Assembly: GCA_965112155.1 (NCBI GenBank)
Contig: OZ218098.1
Strand: one strand, 5' to 3'
DNA: 64,000 bases
From: Podarcis liolepis
Taxonomy: Eukaryota
In this document: in pieces, positions 49,817 through 63,500 of the stretch
How the letters are laid out: every line of letters starts with the position of its first letter
Position numbering within the stretch: position 1 is the first letter of the stretch
The notes under the pieces: model-generated
What the model was told of the DNA's origin: nothing
What the model saw: the letters and a program-made list of their open reading frames with translations, nothing else
Databases searched by the model: none
Program-made: the position numbers and the translations under genes

Positions 49817-52800
49817 CAAGCTAAATCAACTCCACCATTAATCAACAAATAAATGTACAGACTGAAAACAAATAATAATCAGCCAGAAAGAACAATATAA
49901 ATAACTCATGATCCAGTGCTCCCCAGTCTGTTGGTGTGGTGTTTGGGTCCACAGATGCAGCTTGGAGGCTGGGACTCACAGCCTTTGGATGCAGCTCAGG
50001 GAAGGAAGGAAGCAATTTGAAAGGTTTGCTGCAGCGTCATTTTTGGGGAAACACTTGGGAATTAGTAGCAAAACGAAAAGATAAGCACTTAAGAGGTAAA
50101 TCAAATCTTCACAGATGCAAAGATGCTGAGACAAGATATTTTCACACCTCTACAGTGCCCACAATCTGTTCTGCCAGCAGCAGCTTTCTGAAGCCCAAAG
50201 AAGGAAATTAAGCAAATCAAAGCACTATTTGGATAATTTTGTAGCTTAAAAAGTTGGGTGTATGTTTCAACACTGATTAAAGGCTGAGGCTGAATCATCA
50301 TCAGGTTTCAGGCAACATTAGTTGCAAAAGACATTTCTTAAACACACACACACACAAGAGCAACAAAAGACATGATATAATAATTTGAGTAGAAATACTC
50401 AGTGGTGTTGTAGTTAGTACACTTCTTCACTTTGATAACATTTACCGGTACTTCACTTCTAGAAACCTTTACTACTGAGCTTAAAGTTGAATACTGAATA
50501 TGTTCATATTCAATTTCAGCATGATGTAAAAATCTACCATTTACTAAGTATATGGAATGCTAATTTCCCATGATCTACCAAAATATACATCTAATTCTCT
50601 ATTGAAGAGTTAAACACCTCAGTTTTTCTGCACATTCAGCAAAATTATTATGCAAAGCATTCTATACTCTACAAATACAGTCACATACTTTGATTTGTAG
50701 CAGAATGATTTTCATTTTTACTGCCATTAAGAACAGCATAGATTTGACGTAATATAGGTATGATGTTTAAAAAATATATAAATATTCTAAGGTTCTGATA
50801 CACATTGGGAACATTTAACTAATGAGTCACATTAGCAGAAACTCTACATAAGCACTGTCACTTGTGCAATGGGATTTGACCCTCCTCTCCTCCTGCCACA
50901 CATCCCAAAATTGGCTCGGGGGGGGGGTGTAAGGAGAGTCTCCAGAACAGCACATGGAGGGGAGAGGAGAGGAGGAATCATTCGGTCTCGGAGCCAAAAT
51001 GCTTACCCTGAAGGAATGATTGTCTTGGCACAAATATAGGTACATAAGTATAGGTGCATATTGATACAATTTACCAGCCTTTACAACAATGTCAATCTTT
51101 ATTGCAGATATTAATATTGCTCAGCTTGAAGCAACAGGATTAATAAAAACTGACTCCTCTTAGAATAAAAATTGTCCAGTCCCAAAATAGGGCTTCAAAG
51201 CTTTACTAACAGAACTTTCTTCAGAACAAAACATAAAATAATTATGCTATATCCAGATAGTTGCATAAGATCATGTGCTTGTCCAGGTACAGGTTCTTCT
51301 TCTTACAAATATGAAATACAGTACTGTTATAATCTGAGCTGATAGAGCTCTGTCTCTCCCAGAGACTCCATTATCCTAAAGGCTGTTTTCTCTCCACACC
51401 TTTGTCTTCTGTGGCTTGAAAAAAAAAAAGGCTCCCAGAAAATGGAGATTTGCAACAGAATAACATGTGATCTAAGTTAGACACACGGAGGGCCAGCAGA
51501 GATACTTAAAGTTAATTATCAACCTGGTGGCACTTAGACAGCTCCTAGTTTAGCTCAATGGAATTTTCCAAACCCTTTTAGCAATACACATACAGAGCTA
51601 TTTTCCATTTCAACAATTAAACCATCATATTTAACAATCTTTTACTAAACTAAGGGCTGCCCAAGACATCACGGTTTGTAATCTTAACGCTTTGTTATTG
51701 TTAACTTTACAATTTTGAATTCTTCTCTGCTCATGATGGATTCCATAGAGCAAATGCTGATCCCTCTCCTAAACACATTAAACTTGAAATATCACACGCA
51801 CACACGTCAAAGATTGGTGGGAGGTCAAAAGTATTTTTCTCCTGATATCAGCCATACTGTTTACATCAAATTTCAAATGAGTAAATGATATTTTATCTGC
51901 TGGTAGATTATTAATCAAACAGAAATATTCAATTGAAGTTTCTCATTCTAATTAAACTTTCACTTTGCATAATATGCCATTTACTTCATATCTACAGTTG
52001 CAATCACTGCTACATAAAAGAAATGTCAACTTCAAAGTAAGTGTTCCTTTCAGATAAGGCTTTCTGCCTCTATGCATTATGTGTAGCTGACTCTCAAAAT
52101 AATTTAAACTTGGATGAACTACATTTTTCATTGCATCGAACGGACATTATGCTCAAGATGATAACATCAACTAAGGCCATTAGATTTTCAAATTAGAAAT
52201 AACATGCACATCTAGAAAATTATCAAGCATGGCATCTGAAGCTAATGTATAATAAAACTCCAAAACATGTATTGAGTATATGCCATTTTTTCCACAGAGA
52301 CTTGCACCCATGATAGGTAAGATCCAACCATTCAACCCTACTCCTTTGCCTCAGAAGACATCAATATCTGTAGCAATACAAGTGTACAACATTTATATTT
52401 TTCTACAGCCACCATTGCATAATTAATATCATTTGACTTTGGTTGCACAGTCCTAATATTTATTATTCAACCTAAATGACTCCTGAACTGGGTGGTTAAT
52501 TCAGAGTGGAACCATTGAAATTAATGAATGTGATTGACTTTGGTCCAATAATTTCAACTGTTCTAGGGTAAAACTTAGTTGAATATCACCCACAGTCTCC
52601 AAAGTGTTGCAATTATTAATCACACCACCATATAAGGGGAATGTCAGGGTGGGGAGAGAGGTAGTAGGGGAACTGGACTTCACTCATTGAAAGCTTCCAA
52701 TCCAGGGGTAGAAGCTCAGTCAACACTTTCCAATCACTGTACTTAGATGGGAGGGATATAATCTGTGCTAAGTTTTCTGTGTGTTAGTAGTCTGTCTTCT

Positions 52801-55192
52801 GTTTGTGTCGGTAGGCCTTGTAGGAGAAAAGTAGCATATAAAAAACTCTGGTCAGTCACCCAGCCCTGCTACTTCAGAGAAACCAGGCAGGCAGGCGGGC
52901 AAGCAGGCACTGGCATAGAGAGGCAGGCAGGCAGACAAGGGAGAAATACTCTTGCCAGGCTGGCATCCACAGACCCCATATGGCAGTGCTGAAAAAGCAA
53001 CTAAAGTTGAGCTACTATACTGGAGCATGAGAATTGGCAGGATTGGCCAGTGCAAGTGATTAGGAGTACCAAAGATTTGGATTTGTAGAGCAGGACAGAA
53101 CAATTTTTGTGCTGAGTCGGGGATGGATCTGGATGTATTAATTCAATCCCAAGCAAGATCAAGGAGGCTTGAACAAACAATCCTAATAAAAGAAAAATGT
53201 TCTTAATACAAGTACCAATTTCCCACATTTGTATTCTAATGCTTACCAAACACCACTTTCTAGCCACATTATTTTATGAATTAAAATGAAGTGCCATTAT
53301 TTGTGTTGATTGGAACTATTCTGGCATATAATGGGAGAGAAATATAACGGCAGAAGCCCTATTTAAGTCAGATACCATAATCGTTGCTATGAAAAGAAAC
53401 AGCTATAAAACAGTGTGCCTCCAAGCGAGAGTCCAAGACAACATGCAATCCATTACTCTTTTCAGATATCTCTTCCCTGGATTTTGCATGATGCAAGGAG
53501 AGTTCAGGCAATTTTTCCATTTCACTTAGATCACCTCAAAAAAGACACTCTAATGTGGGCATTTGAAATCCTTAAATAAAATTATATGTTTCCCTGTATT
53601 TCTCTCTGGGATAGAAATTCTCACAGCATGCTAGAAGCAAAACCCTCTCATCCTTATTTCACCAGGCAAGCACAAAATCACACTTTATATACAGAGAAAC
53701 CATACACTGGATTCTCTGTTACTTTTATTCACAGCAGCTTGCTTAGATTCTACTACGTACTTCTGCAAAACAACCCAAGGTAATTTTTTATGGTAGCAAT
53801 AGCATGCCTATCAAACTCTTCCTTTCTTAATATGTTTTCCAGGGTATATCAATAGGAAAGCAGGATTCCAATCAATAAAAATACCTACCACTCATCCTAT
53901 CTTTTTATCCTGCTGTTATATACTTTTAGAAATACAGTTTCATATTCCATTCCAAGTCCTGTTTTTAGTTTGGGTTCTTTTCAGTCTGCAAATAAACAGT
54001 GGGTAGTCGATAGGCCATTATACTACTCGACAAGGCTAATAATGATGATCCAGCTCTCTCTGCTCCCTTCTTATAACATTCAGATAGTTTCATTTATTAT
54101 TTTCCCCATCTTATATGTCACACTCAAGAACTGGTTTTGATCCCACTAAAAGGTGAATACAACATATCCCTTTGTAGCTAAATCCTTCTGTATCTGCATT
54201 ATGTACTCATATCCCAACAACATAAAAGGTTCCTGTTAAAGAATGCTCCTTTTCCCCAATCACAAAGACTTTTTTTATTGTGAACACAGAACAGAAAGAA
54301 AAGCGTAATATTACCACTTATATGATCCTGCTGTTCCAGTACCTATCTTTGCCCAATTTTCCTTAATTTTTCATAGTAATTATATTAAATATTAAATATT
54401 AAAATAAAGAAAATCCTGTTTTTTAAAATAATAATTCAACTGTTGAGGAATTGTTGAGAAGATTTATTTCTGTACTGAAAGGATCCATTTGTACTGATAG
54501 CATCAGTCCTTGCGGAACTCATGTTTGTTGGATATGTGTGATATGTAGGTCTGGCCTGATTTTATTGGGGGGGGGGGACACAATGCTACTTCAGTTTAAC
54601 ATTTTAATACATACTTAGGGTCCCACAAACCCTTTGTTCCATGTTCCTCCTTTCTGCAGCGATGGCTTCTAGGCAGCATTTAGGCCTTTTGGCTGAACAT
54701 TCTAAGCTCTGAATAAAGGTTTTACAAAGCTGTTACTGGCTGCAGCCTCCTTCTCCTTGTATGAGAAAGAGCAGACCTTGCCCTCAACTACCGGTACTTC
54801 CTGGCACCTCCCAGGAATAGTAACCCCCTCAGGCTGTATTTAGTAATTATTTCCTTGTTACAGTGATAGTCCAAACCTCAAGTCACTTGCATTTAAACTT
54901 CTGCCTATTGTATCTAGGCATTCAATTTTTCCTGATTACCTAGCACCTTTTTTACTTCATAAAAGGCAATTTTCCCACCTATATCCATCTCTGAAATAAT
55001 AACTGTCTCAAATTGAAGGGTTATGGCTCTGCTTTGCATGCAGAAGTTCCTAAGTTCAGTCCCCAGCACCTTGAGGTTAAAATTAATGCTCTCTAACAGG
55101 AGAAAACTTGTGTGAATGTGATTATTGTTGTTTGTTATTCAAAAGCATTTAAGACTACCTGAACATTTTCTATGTGCCTAATGCTTTCTTTG

Positions 55193-55269
55193 AGATGGTT
55201 ATTATATTGTCAATAACTTCCTTTGAAAGTTATTGGTTAGATGGTTATTATATTGTCAATAACTTCCTT
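55193..55269. repeat. 31-bp perfect direct repeat with 15-bp spacer
   Basis: AGATGGTTATTATATTGTCAATAACTTCCTT at 55193-55223 and 55239-55269. Confidence 0.92.
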
Positions 55270-55957
55270 CCTTCTATCTATGAAGAAGGAAACTTTATTT
55301 TTATTTTTCTATCGATCGGTCAGGTATGAATCAATATAGAAATATTTTCCTTTGTGAAACAATAAAACAATTATTGCTCTCTACTGTGTAAACAGGAGAA
55401 GGAGAAAGTGAAGGAAGAGATGTTTCATATCCAACTTATTGGAAAACTAGTCTTAATACACATAACAACCATTCAGGTGAAGAAAAGCACACCTGTAACT
55501 TAAGAGAAACCACAGAGAAAAGTTGTACAATTCAGCAATTTCACAATACTTCGCTCTAATTGTTATAGGTGCAAAGCATTCCCTAGGGACAATATAAGAA
55601 GAGAACGGATCTTGGTAACCCGTCATTAACTCCTGGGGGAAAGCAGCTTTTTCAGCTCACCTTCAAATCCAACTCAGAAAATAAAAATCTATGTCAGGTG
55701 GTGTCCATATATTCCTTTCCATGAGAAGAAAGGCATTTTTTGACAGCCTTGTGTTAAAAACACAGAATTAAATTTAGAGGTGTGTTTACATTTGTGCAAA
55801 ACATTGCTCAATATTTTCTACAGGGTCTCTTGAACAAAGTCCCAAGATGTGTGCTAGCGCAAGTTATTTCACAGCAACACGAAATAGTTTCCAAGGTATT
55901 TTCCTACTATGGTACTCAAATCATTTGGCAATGCTAGCAGATATCTAAAAATCCAGA

Positions 55958-56048
55958 GAGCCACTGCCACTCAGTGTGGGCAACATTCAGCTATATGGAC
56001 CATTGGCTAGATTCAGTACAAGGCAGCCTTATATGTTTCTATGTTCTA
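55958..56048 (+). mobile_element. CR1-type 3' end fragment
   Basis: ...TGGACCATTGG...CAGTACAAGGCAGCCTTATATGTTCTATGTTCTA tail. Confidence 0.55.
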
Positions 56049-56567
56049 ATAGTCTAGGTATTTTAATTCTGGAATTTACTTTAATTCTTAGCTGCAAACT
56101 TGGTATACTCTTTTGTAATCCAAGATCAACTTGCAAGCACTCGTGATCTCTGGCTGAAAACATGGCCAGCTTCCTGCCACGCAGGACATTGGACAAAATC
56201 TCTAGTGTTGTTTTTTTGGCAGGAAGGGAAGGATCTTGTATCCTTTCCCTATTCATTGTTCCACTTGACTTCATATAGGATACAGAAAGTGGCATTTGTG
56301 AACTCCTAGCTCCTCAGAGAACATTGTGTTAGACATACAAATGCTAAGAATAAATAATGAGTAGGAGAACAAAAACAACCTCCATCCTGCTGAGGGCCTC
56401 TTACCCATTCTTGCCATATAATAGGCCCTCAGGACCTTTGTTGGCCTGAGGGTATTATTCATTCATGGGCAATTACCTAAACCACATACCAGTTGTGGAA
56501 GACCAGCGATAAAATTGGATAAAATTGGTTCTTACCTTATATATTAGTTTACATTCTAATCACGACA

Positions 56568-56568
<1 letters not shown>

Positions 56569-56613
<45 letters not shown>

Positions 56614-56630
56614 GATAGATAGATAGATAG
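56569..56630. repeat. (GATA)n microsatellite
   Basis: Direct reading; one 3-bp GAT interruption. Confidence 0.95.
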
Positions 56631-56878
56631 CCAAGGAGGGTGTAGAGCAGGGCTGCTGAGGGGTGTGGTCCAAAGGCCAGACGGAGAGACCTGGAATATG
56701 TCTTCATCTCCTGGTTCTGAGGTTCTCCATCTCTGCCCTCAGGGGCAGCCCATCCAATTTCATCATCCAAAGAGAAATGGAAATTACTATCTCCTGCCCC
56801 ACTTGCTGTTCTAAATCCCACCACCAGACCCACCACCACCAGACCCTCCTTACGCTGAACTCAGCAGGTGCCAGGGCA

Positions 56879-56945
56879 TTCCTCAAAGTATTGTGTTCCT
56901 CAAAGATATGTGTTCCTCAAAGTATTGTGTTCCTCAAAGATATGT
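56879..56945. repeat. 17-bp minisatellite, about 4 units
   Basis: TTCCTCAAAGTATTGTG and TTCCTCAAAGATATGTG alternating. Confidence 0.9.
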
Positions 56946-57512
56946 CACATGCCAGAATGCCTCCCTTGTGGTGAACAAAGCAGTGAGGTGAATGCCACTT
57001 CTTGTACCTCTGCTGCCTGAGTCAGGTGCTTCACACCGCCTCATGGGTGGACCAGCACTGCCTGCCTTACAAGGACACTCCAAAACTGCAGGGAACCATA
57101 TGCCTTCTGTGGCCATAGATCTGTTAAACAAACTTGCACAGCCAGTAGATAACACATTAGTCTAGGCTTTGACAGTCAAGGATGGAGGCCACAGACACAC
57201 AGTACTTACTCATGAAAGGTTAGCTTCATGTGACCAGCGGAGCTCACATGAGGTCTCCTCCTGCTTAACATTTAGCAGCCAAGAATTGGAAAGGCTTGTA
57301 AATTCGTACAATCTGTGACTGATATATGGAGACGGTCTCCTAATTTAGACTGTCTTGCAAATGTCCTAGAATCTCAAGGAAATGGCTAGGTTTAGTTCCA
57401 AGCCAATCTGAGGCATGTCACAGGTCTGTCAGTTATCTTTGAGAAGAATACAATAGAAATCAGATTTTCATTTCATGAAACAAATTCAATAGGCAATCCT
57501 GAGCAGTCCATA

Positions 57513-57754
57513 CAATGGTACCTCTGGTTATGAACTTAATATGTTCCGGAGGTCTGTTCTTAACCTGAAACCGTTCTTAACCTAAGGTACCACTTTAGCT
57601 AATGGGGCCTCCTGCTGCCACCGCATCACCGCCACACGATTTCTGTTATCATTCTGAGGTAAAGTTCTTAACCCGAGGTACTACTTCCGGGTTAGTGGAG
57701 TCTGTAACCCGAAGTATTTATAACCCGAGGTGTTTGTAACCCGAGGTACCACTG
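57513..57754 (+). mobile_element. MITE family A, copy 5 (more diverged)
   Basis: TA|CAATGGTACCTCTGGTTA...TAACCCGAGGTACCACTG|TA. Confidence 0.88.
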
Positions 57755-58819
57755 TATAATAAAGATAAGAGAAACCTCCTGTACCAAAATAATTTCACAG
57801 TGTTTGCTTTATAACACAGAACTCTTAATGTTAGAAAATATGACTAGCCTGAACATTTTAAGGTGTTGAAGCACTTAAGATCTGAACTTTATTGTTGTTT
57901 GCATCAAGCTCCATTAACTCCTCTCCATGGGATATCTCAGCATGTTATGCTAGTGATCTGTTACGCAGTGTGTGGTTGAAATAAACAATGAATATAAGTG
58001 TGGAAGTGCTCTTGGATGTTTCTTCTTTCAATAAATTGTTTTGGCAGAGTTTGAAAAACTTCAGAACAATCCCTGTTTTTCACAGGACCCAAAACATGGT
58101 AAAACTATTATTCTGTTGTCTATGAAGCCAAAGAGGAGAGGGAAAAAGTGCCAGGATTTAATCACTCTTCTATTTTATGCTACAGTAAAGCTCTGTACTT
58201 AAGATACTTCCAAGCTTTTTCTTTGAGGCTGAGGGTATCATTGTGAAAGCCACAATGGATCTTGATTTGTGAAAATGTCGGGAGAAATAACAGACAACCC
58301 ATTGATTTGGCCACCCATATGGGATTCCACAGCCAACTACAGATGAGACAACTACACACATTCAATGGAATGCAGTACTGAAACTGCCTCCCTAAAACTT
58401 GGTGTGTACATCAGACACAGCATGGGGGAGGTGAACTTTGGGAGCCAGCAATCAAATAGGGCCTAGTCCAGGCTACAACCCAACTACTAAAGGAGGTGGG
58501 TGTAGGATATTTAATGAAAATTATTTCCCTGAGTCTCAGTTCTTAGAACGAACTTGTTCAGTTAAACATCAACAACAATATCTGAACTACACCCTGACCA
58601 ACTAAAGATGAATTAGGTTCATTTTGGGGTAGAGCTTCAAGAATTTCAAGTTCATTTTCACATCTGGCCTGAAGGAAGTTGCAGAAGTGATGGTAGCTCG
58701 CTATTGCTCGTTTGCAAAGCACTTTGAAGGTAAAATTGCTTGAATTCACTGGAAGCTTGACTCCACTGTTACAGCAGATAACTTCAAGGGTGTCCGGAGC
58801 ACTGTCTAGTGCTGTTGTA

Positions 58820-59003
58820 CTGGATGTGTTTGGGTCAGGGAGGTGATTGATGGCTCCCTGCAAGATAGGGTGGTCCCTGCCTGCTTGAAGGAGGCAATGG
58901 TAAGACCACTCCTTAAGAAGTCATTTTCATTTGTGGGATGCTTTCCCTAGAGAGGCTTGCCTGGTGCCTTCATTACATATATTTAGGTGCCAGGCAAACA
59001 ACA
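58820..59003 (+). mobile_element. L2 LINE remnant with large internal deletion
   Basis: SLQDRVVPACLKEAMVRPLLKK (pre-RT motif) directly followed by a WDAFPREACLVPSLHIFRCQAN ORF2 C-terminus-like segment. Confidence 0.65.
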
Positions 59004-59769
59004 TAATGAGGCAGATATATAGGTACTGCTGTTAGTAAGACTGATTAGTCCCTTAATCACTGTTGCTAAGCAATTCAAGGGAAGAAATCTGAAGCATTTC
59101 GAGTATCTTTCCTGCTGAAGATATTTGCACTCTTCCAACAGGAGCAGGTTGCAGTAAGAAGTACAGGTAAAGGAACAAAATGAATTATGCCCTGTGTCTA
59201 ACAGCTGTGTGGCTGGCACATATTAAATTGGGTAAGTTCTTTTCCAGTTCTCTTGGCATTCTTTCTGTCAGAAATTTTATTACTTCTGTGTGGCCCCTAA
59301 TTTACTTTTGCCCCTACACTTCAGCACAACAGCTTGTAACATTCTCAATACTATATTTAATTTTGGTGTCTTTTTTTCCTTTTCGCTATGGGTGATCTTT
59401 TTTTGTGAACCAAAATGTTCATCTGGATGAACGTGTACTGAGCTAGCTTCTTTTAGGGAAACTGAGCTGCAACTAGTTCCTTTTGGAAAATGAATATTTA
59501 ATGAATTCCTATTAAAAAAAACACACCTAATTTTCCAAGCATTTTTGTATCTATAGATCTGTTGTCCAGATCCTATGAGTGAGATTCACCTAATGAACCA
59601 CAGCAGTAGAAGCCCTTGCACAAGGGCTTCCACTTGCACAATGGGCCTTTCCAATCTTTCTTCCCCACCTTCCAAAATTGGCTCAGGGGGTGTCAGGGAG
59701 ATGGCTTCAACTAGCAAGCTAATATGCTTGAGCAGATGAAATTGTTGTAATACCGCAATGTTGAATTCT

Positions 59770-60520
59770 ACCCTGCAGTCAGCAGTAAGTTGAATACCCT
59801 GACACAACTTAAGCCAGTAGTCGCTGGCACATTGTCTGGCAATCTGCTGAGCATTGCTCATTGCCTTTCTCAGTGCAGCAAGTGTCTTCTCATAGGACAC
59901 ACATTTGTAGTTCGCAGGAGCCTAGCACTATGCAGTGACAACAGGTTCAATGTCTTTAATGCCAGTCAGGGATCTGCTGCTATCTTTTGCTGAAAAAGGG
60001 CATAGCTGTATTATAGGTTGCCTCTTTGATGCACTTCCAGCTGATTTTGACACTGTCTCTAGGGCACTTCAGTAGTGCTGGTTTGATGGAATCAGAGGAG
60101 CATTCACAATGTTCAAGTATGACTGCTCTGGAAGTGTTGATTTGAGGCCACACTTTCTGCTTTGTGCTATAGGCGGTCTCTGGCTGGAGAAGGATCTTGC
60201 TCACCACCAGGGAGTGATCCATGTCACAATCAGCACTGTGGTAGCCTATGTGACATGAACACAGTTCAATGCCAATTGCCTCGTAACAATCAAGTCCAGC
60301 TGGTGCCAGTGGCCTAACCTTGGATATCTCCAGGACACTTGCCATTTTGCCTTGGCAGAGAAGAATGTGTTTGTGATGCAAAGGCTGTGAAACGAGCACA
60401 ACTCAAGCAGACTTTGTCCATTCTCATTCGTGCTGCCAATACCAAAGTGCCCTGTGCAATTGTCCCATGTGTGATGATTGACCCTAACTCTGGCATTGAA
60501 ATCTGCTATCCAGAATAGGT
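59770..60520 (-). mobile_element. Degraded RTE-clade LINE fragment (AP endonuclease region)
   Basis: Frameshifted peptides DFNARV...NENGQSLLELCSFHSLCITNTFF...SWRYPRLGHWHQLDLIVTR, SADCDMDHSLV and AQQIARQCASDYW, typical of RTE endonuclease and linker; boundaries approximate. Confidence 0.85.
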
Positions 60521-63500
60521 GTTTGCAGGCCAGAGGTACATTCCATAAGCAATGTGATCTGCACCTGTCCATGAGATGTTGAGGATGTGTACTGAAAGCA
60601 TATAAGTGACACTTGAAATATAAACGACACTTGAAATGACTGATCAATCCAATAAAGATCTACTGTGGTTTCTTTGCTACGCTCTGCCCTGTGTAATCCA
60701 TTATATCATCATTACTGCTTTAAAAGGGCACCTACTTCCTTATAATCTATCATCCCTCAGTGTAGTGTATCAGAGAGAGAAAGGAAAGGGCAGGCACAGC
60801 CTTGGGAAACAATCATGTTACAATACCATGAGTAGCATCTCTTACGTAACTTGAACAAATAAAGTAACTATTATCCATAAAATTTACTTCTCTGACTTGA
60901 ATTTTAGTCAGGATATGCACTCTTCCATAGATTTCCAATTTGGGCTGGAAGGGAGCCAATGTAGCTTTGCTTGAAAATCATTAGACAATATCCTTCCTTC
61001 TATCAACTTAGGTTAAAGTGTATATCAAATTATACACTTACAAATTAATCCATGTCATATTGATGACAGTGTGCCAGAAGTCGAAAAGAACAGTGTGTCT
61101 GTTACAAGAGCTCAGATATGACTGAAAAGTGCAGTCATAGTTAAGGTAAAATGCTTGTTCTTCAGAGATGAAATATCTACTTTAAACCCTCAAAACGTGT
61201 TATTATACTTCAGTTATACACTTACAATAATTAATGTAGCTCGTACCCAGTCTATCTTGCCTGTAAACTTTATTTCTGACCTTTTTGGAGACTTATAATT
61301 TCAGTCTACTAACAACTGTTGATGCTGTTGCTGCTCCTGCTGAGTTTACTCATTAAGGAAGAATATTGCCAACAGTTTGTTTGATTGTGTTCACCTTTGA
61401 TGGTCAGGGGGATTTACTAGGACTAAATTATAATGAGCAAATAACACTATTTTCCATCCTTGTATGAGTGCTTATTATGTTTGATGCAAGATAGAAAATC
61501 TCCACTTATACAAGCCCTGTTAATTTTAATTCTTTTATCACTTATTTTATTGCTTTATTTGAAAGCATTTATATGCCACTTAATATTTCAAAAATCTCTA
61601 AGTAGTTATTATACCCCCGAATCCTGTTGTAAACATGGTCCTTTCTAAGTAAGGAGTGAGGTTGCTACACAAAGCCAGTGGAATTTACGCCACAAACAGT
61701 TTAGCTGTGGGAATTCCAACAGAAAAAGAAGGGTGTGTACAAAATTTTGCAGCAGGCTTGAGGAACTAATGTTTTAGAATCTAGATGTTGATACATGCTG
61801 CCAACCTACACCATCACTGCTCAACCATATTTGTACTTGAAGCAAAATAACCCCTATGGTTAGAGTGTTACATGACTGGGGTGCCATCACGCACATAAAA
61901 ACCTTTTATTTGGCAGTCATTCAGCTCACCATGGATGACAGTGGTGTCATTAGAAAGCCCTCCAGTGAAGTTATATGACTAGGTAAAGATAAAGGCAGGT
62001 GGTACTTCAAGTACTCTGGTCATTCACTTAATAGTCCAGAACAGACTGGTAAAGTGCAGCTAGCATTGTATAGGCACTAACTGCTGTTTCTCAACAGTCT
62101 TCAAAGGTTGTTTCACATATCCCATGGTTGTCGAATCTGGAGACTACTAGAGTATGGATAATTTACAAAATGATATATATTACTATTATCTCTTAATGCA
62201 GTAAGAACATTAAATAAATGCAAAATACAAAAGTTATTTTAGATTGTTGTATAAAATTAAAGAATGCTACTAACCAAAGTACGCATAAAAAGGAATGTTA
62301 GCAAAGCTATACAGTTGTTTTTCTTCTTTAAATGCAAAAATTATCAAGTTTGTTTAGCAGAGGCATACATATGGGTCAGTGAAACCTGTGCACGCCCAGG
62401 GTGTGGGTGTGTGCAAAATTCACCTATCAGACTATAGACTACTGAATATATGACATATATGTGAGTGCCGACGCACCACTGATATTGCCGTGAGATCAAA
62501 CATGGGAGAGAAGCTTTCTGTCCTTCTTGCACTGTGGCACAAAGGCATGTGGTGGTGGTGGTGGTTGCCCTCCTAGCCTCGTCCTCGCTCATCCTTGCCT
62601 TGTCCTCACTCCAGATGCTTTGATGACTTGGGTCGCATAAAACGGAGTAATTGCTAAGGTGGCTATTGTGGAATTGTGATTTTTTGTGGAGGAGGGACTC
62701 TTTGCTGGGGCTGCCAGCGCCTCTAGGTACACCTCTGCTATTTAGTACCCCATGGTGCTTCTGTATAGGCTGTCAGTAAGATTGAAATTCAGAATACTGT
62801 GATTCAATATTTTTTTAAGATTAAGTGTTCACTTGCAGCTAAATTTATCAATACTAATGGCATATTGTTTAAATATTTAATGCACGAGACATAGTACACA
62901 CCACATTCTCTGCAGCAAGCTACTGCAGATTTTCAACCACAACACAGTATTTATTGACATATTTAATTTAAAAAAGCATTTTCTAAAAAAATTGGATTTG
63001 CTAAAAACGTTTCGTACATTAAAATGGAAAGGTATGCTGTTGTTAGTGAGGGCAATTTTCCAGGATTGCCTGGCTTTGTGCCTGTAGATAAAGGGAAAGA
63101 GTTTGTGGGGATCGTTAAAATGAGCTCTGATGAAAAGGATTTTGTAGAACACTTTAGCACGCACAGTGGCGTCACTGAGTCCTACCAACAGCAGCTCCCC
63201 TGACTCTCAACGTGGTGCTCTTGAAAATCAAGAGGATCAAGGAGTGACTTCAGATTCCCAATGGATGTACAATTCTAATTATATCACGTAACGGCTTTCA
63301 AACACACTGTGTAAAATCATTTTTCAGAGTCCTATATGACAATGTAGATATCCTGTGTAAATTACTGATTTATTCATCAGCAGACTTTGTTCATCTGACC
63401 TCCCAGAGTGTGGTATGTATGCATGAGCCAAGCTCACCAAACTTAACTCAGTATGATCCATCAGTAAAAGACTACTAAAACCCTATAGAACAGCTATAGA

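Noticed and set aside
55193-55269. Repeat-spacer-repeat pattern as a CRISPR array
   Set aside because: Vertebrate intron, only two repeats, spacer derived from the repeat, no cas genes
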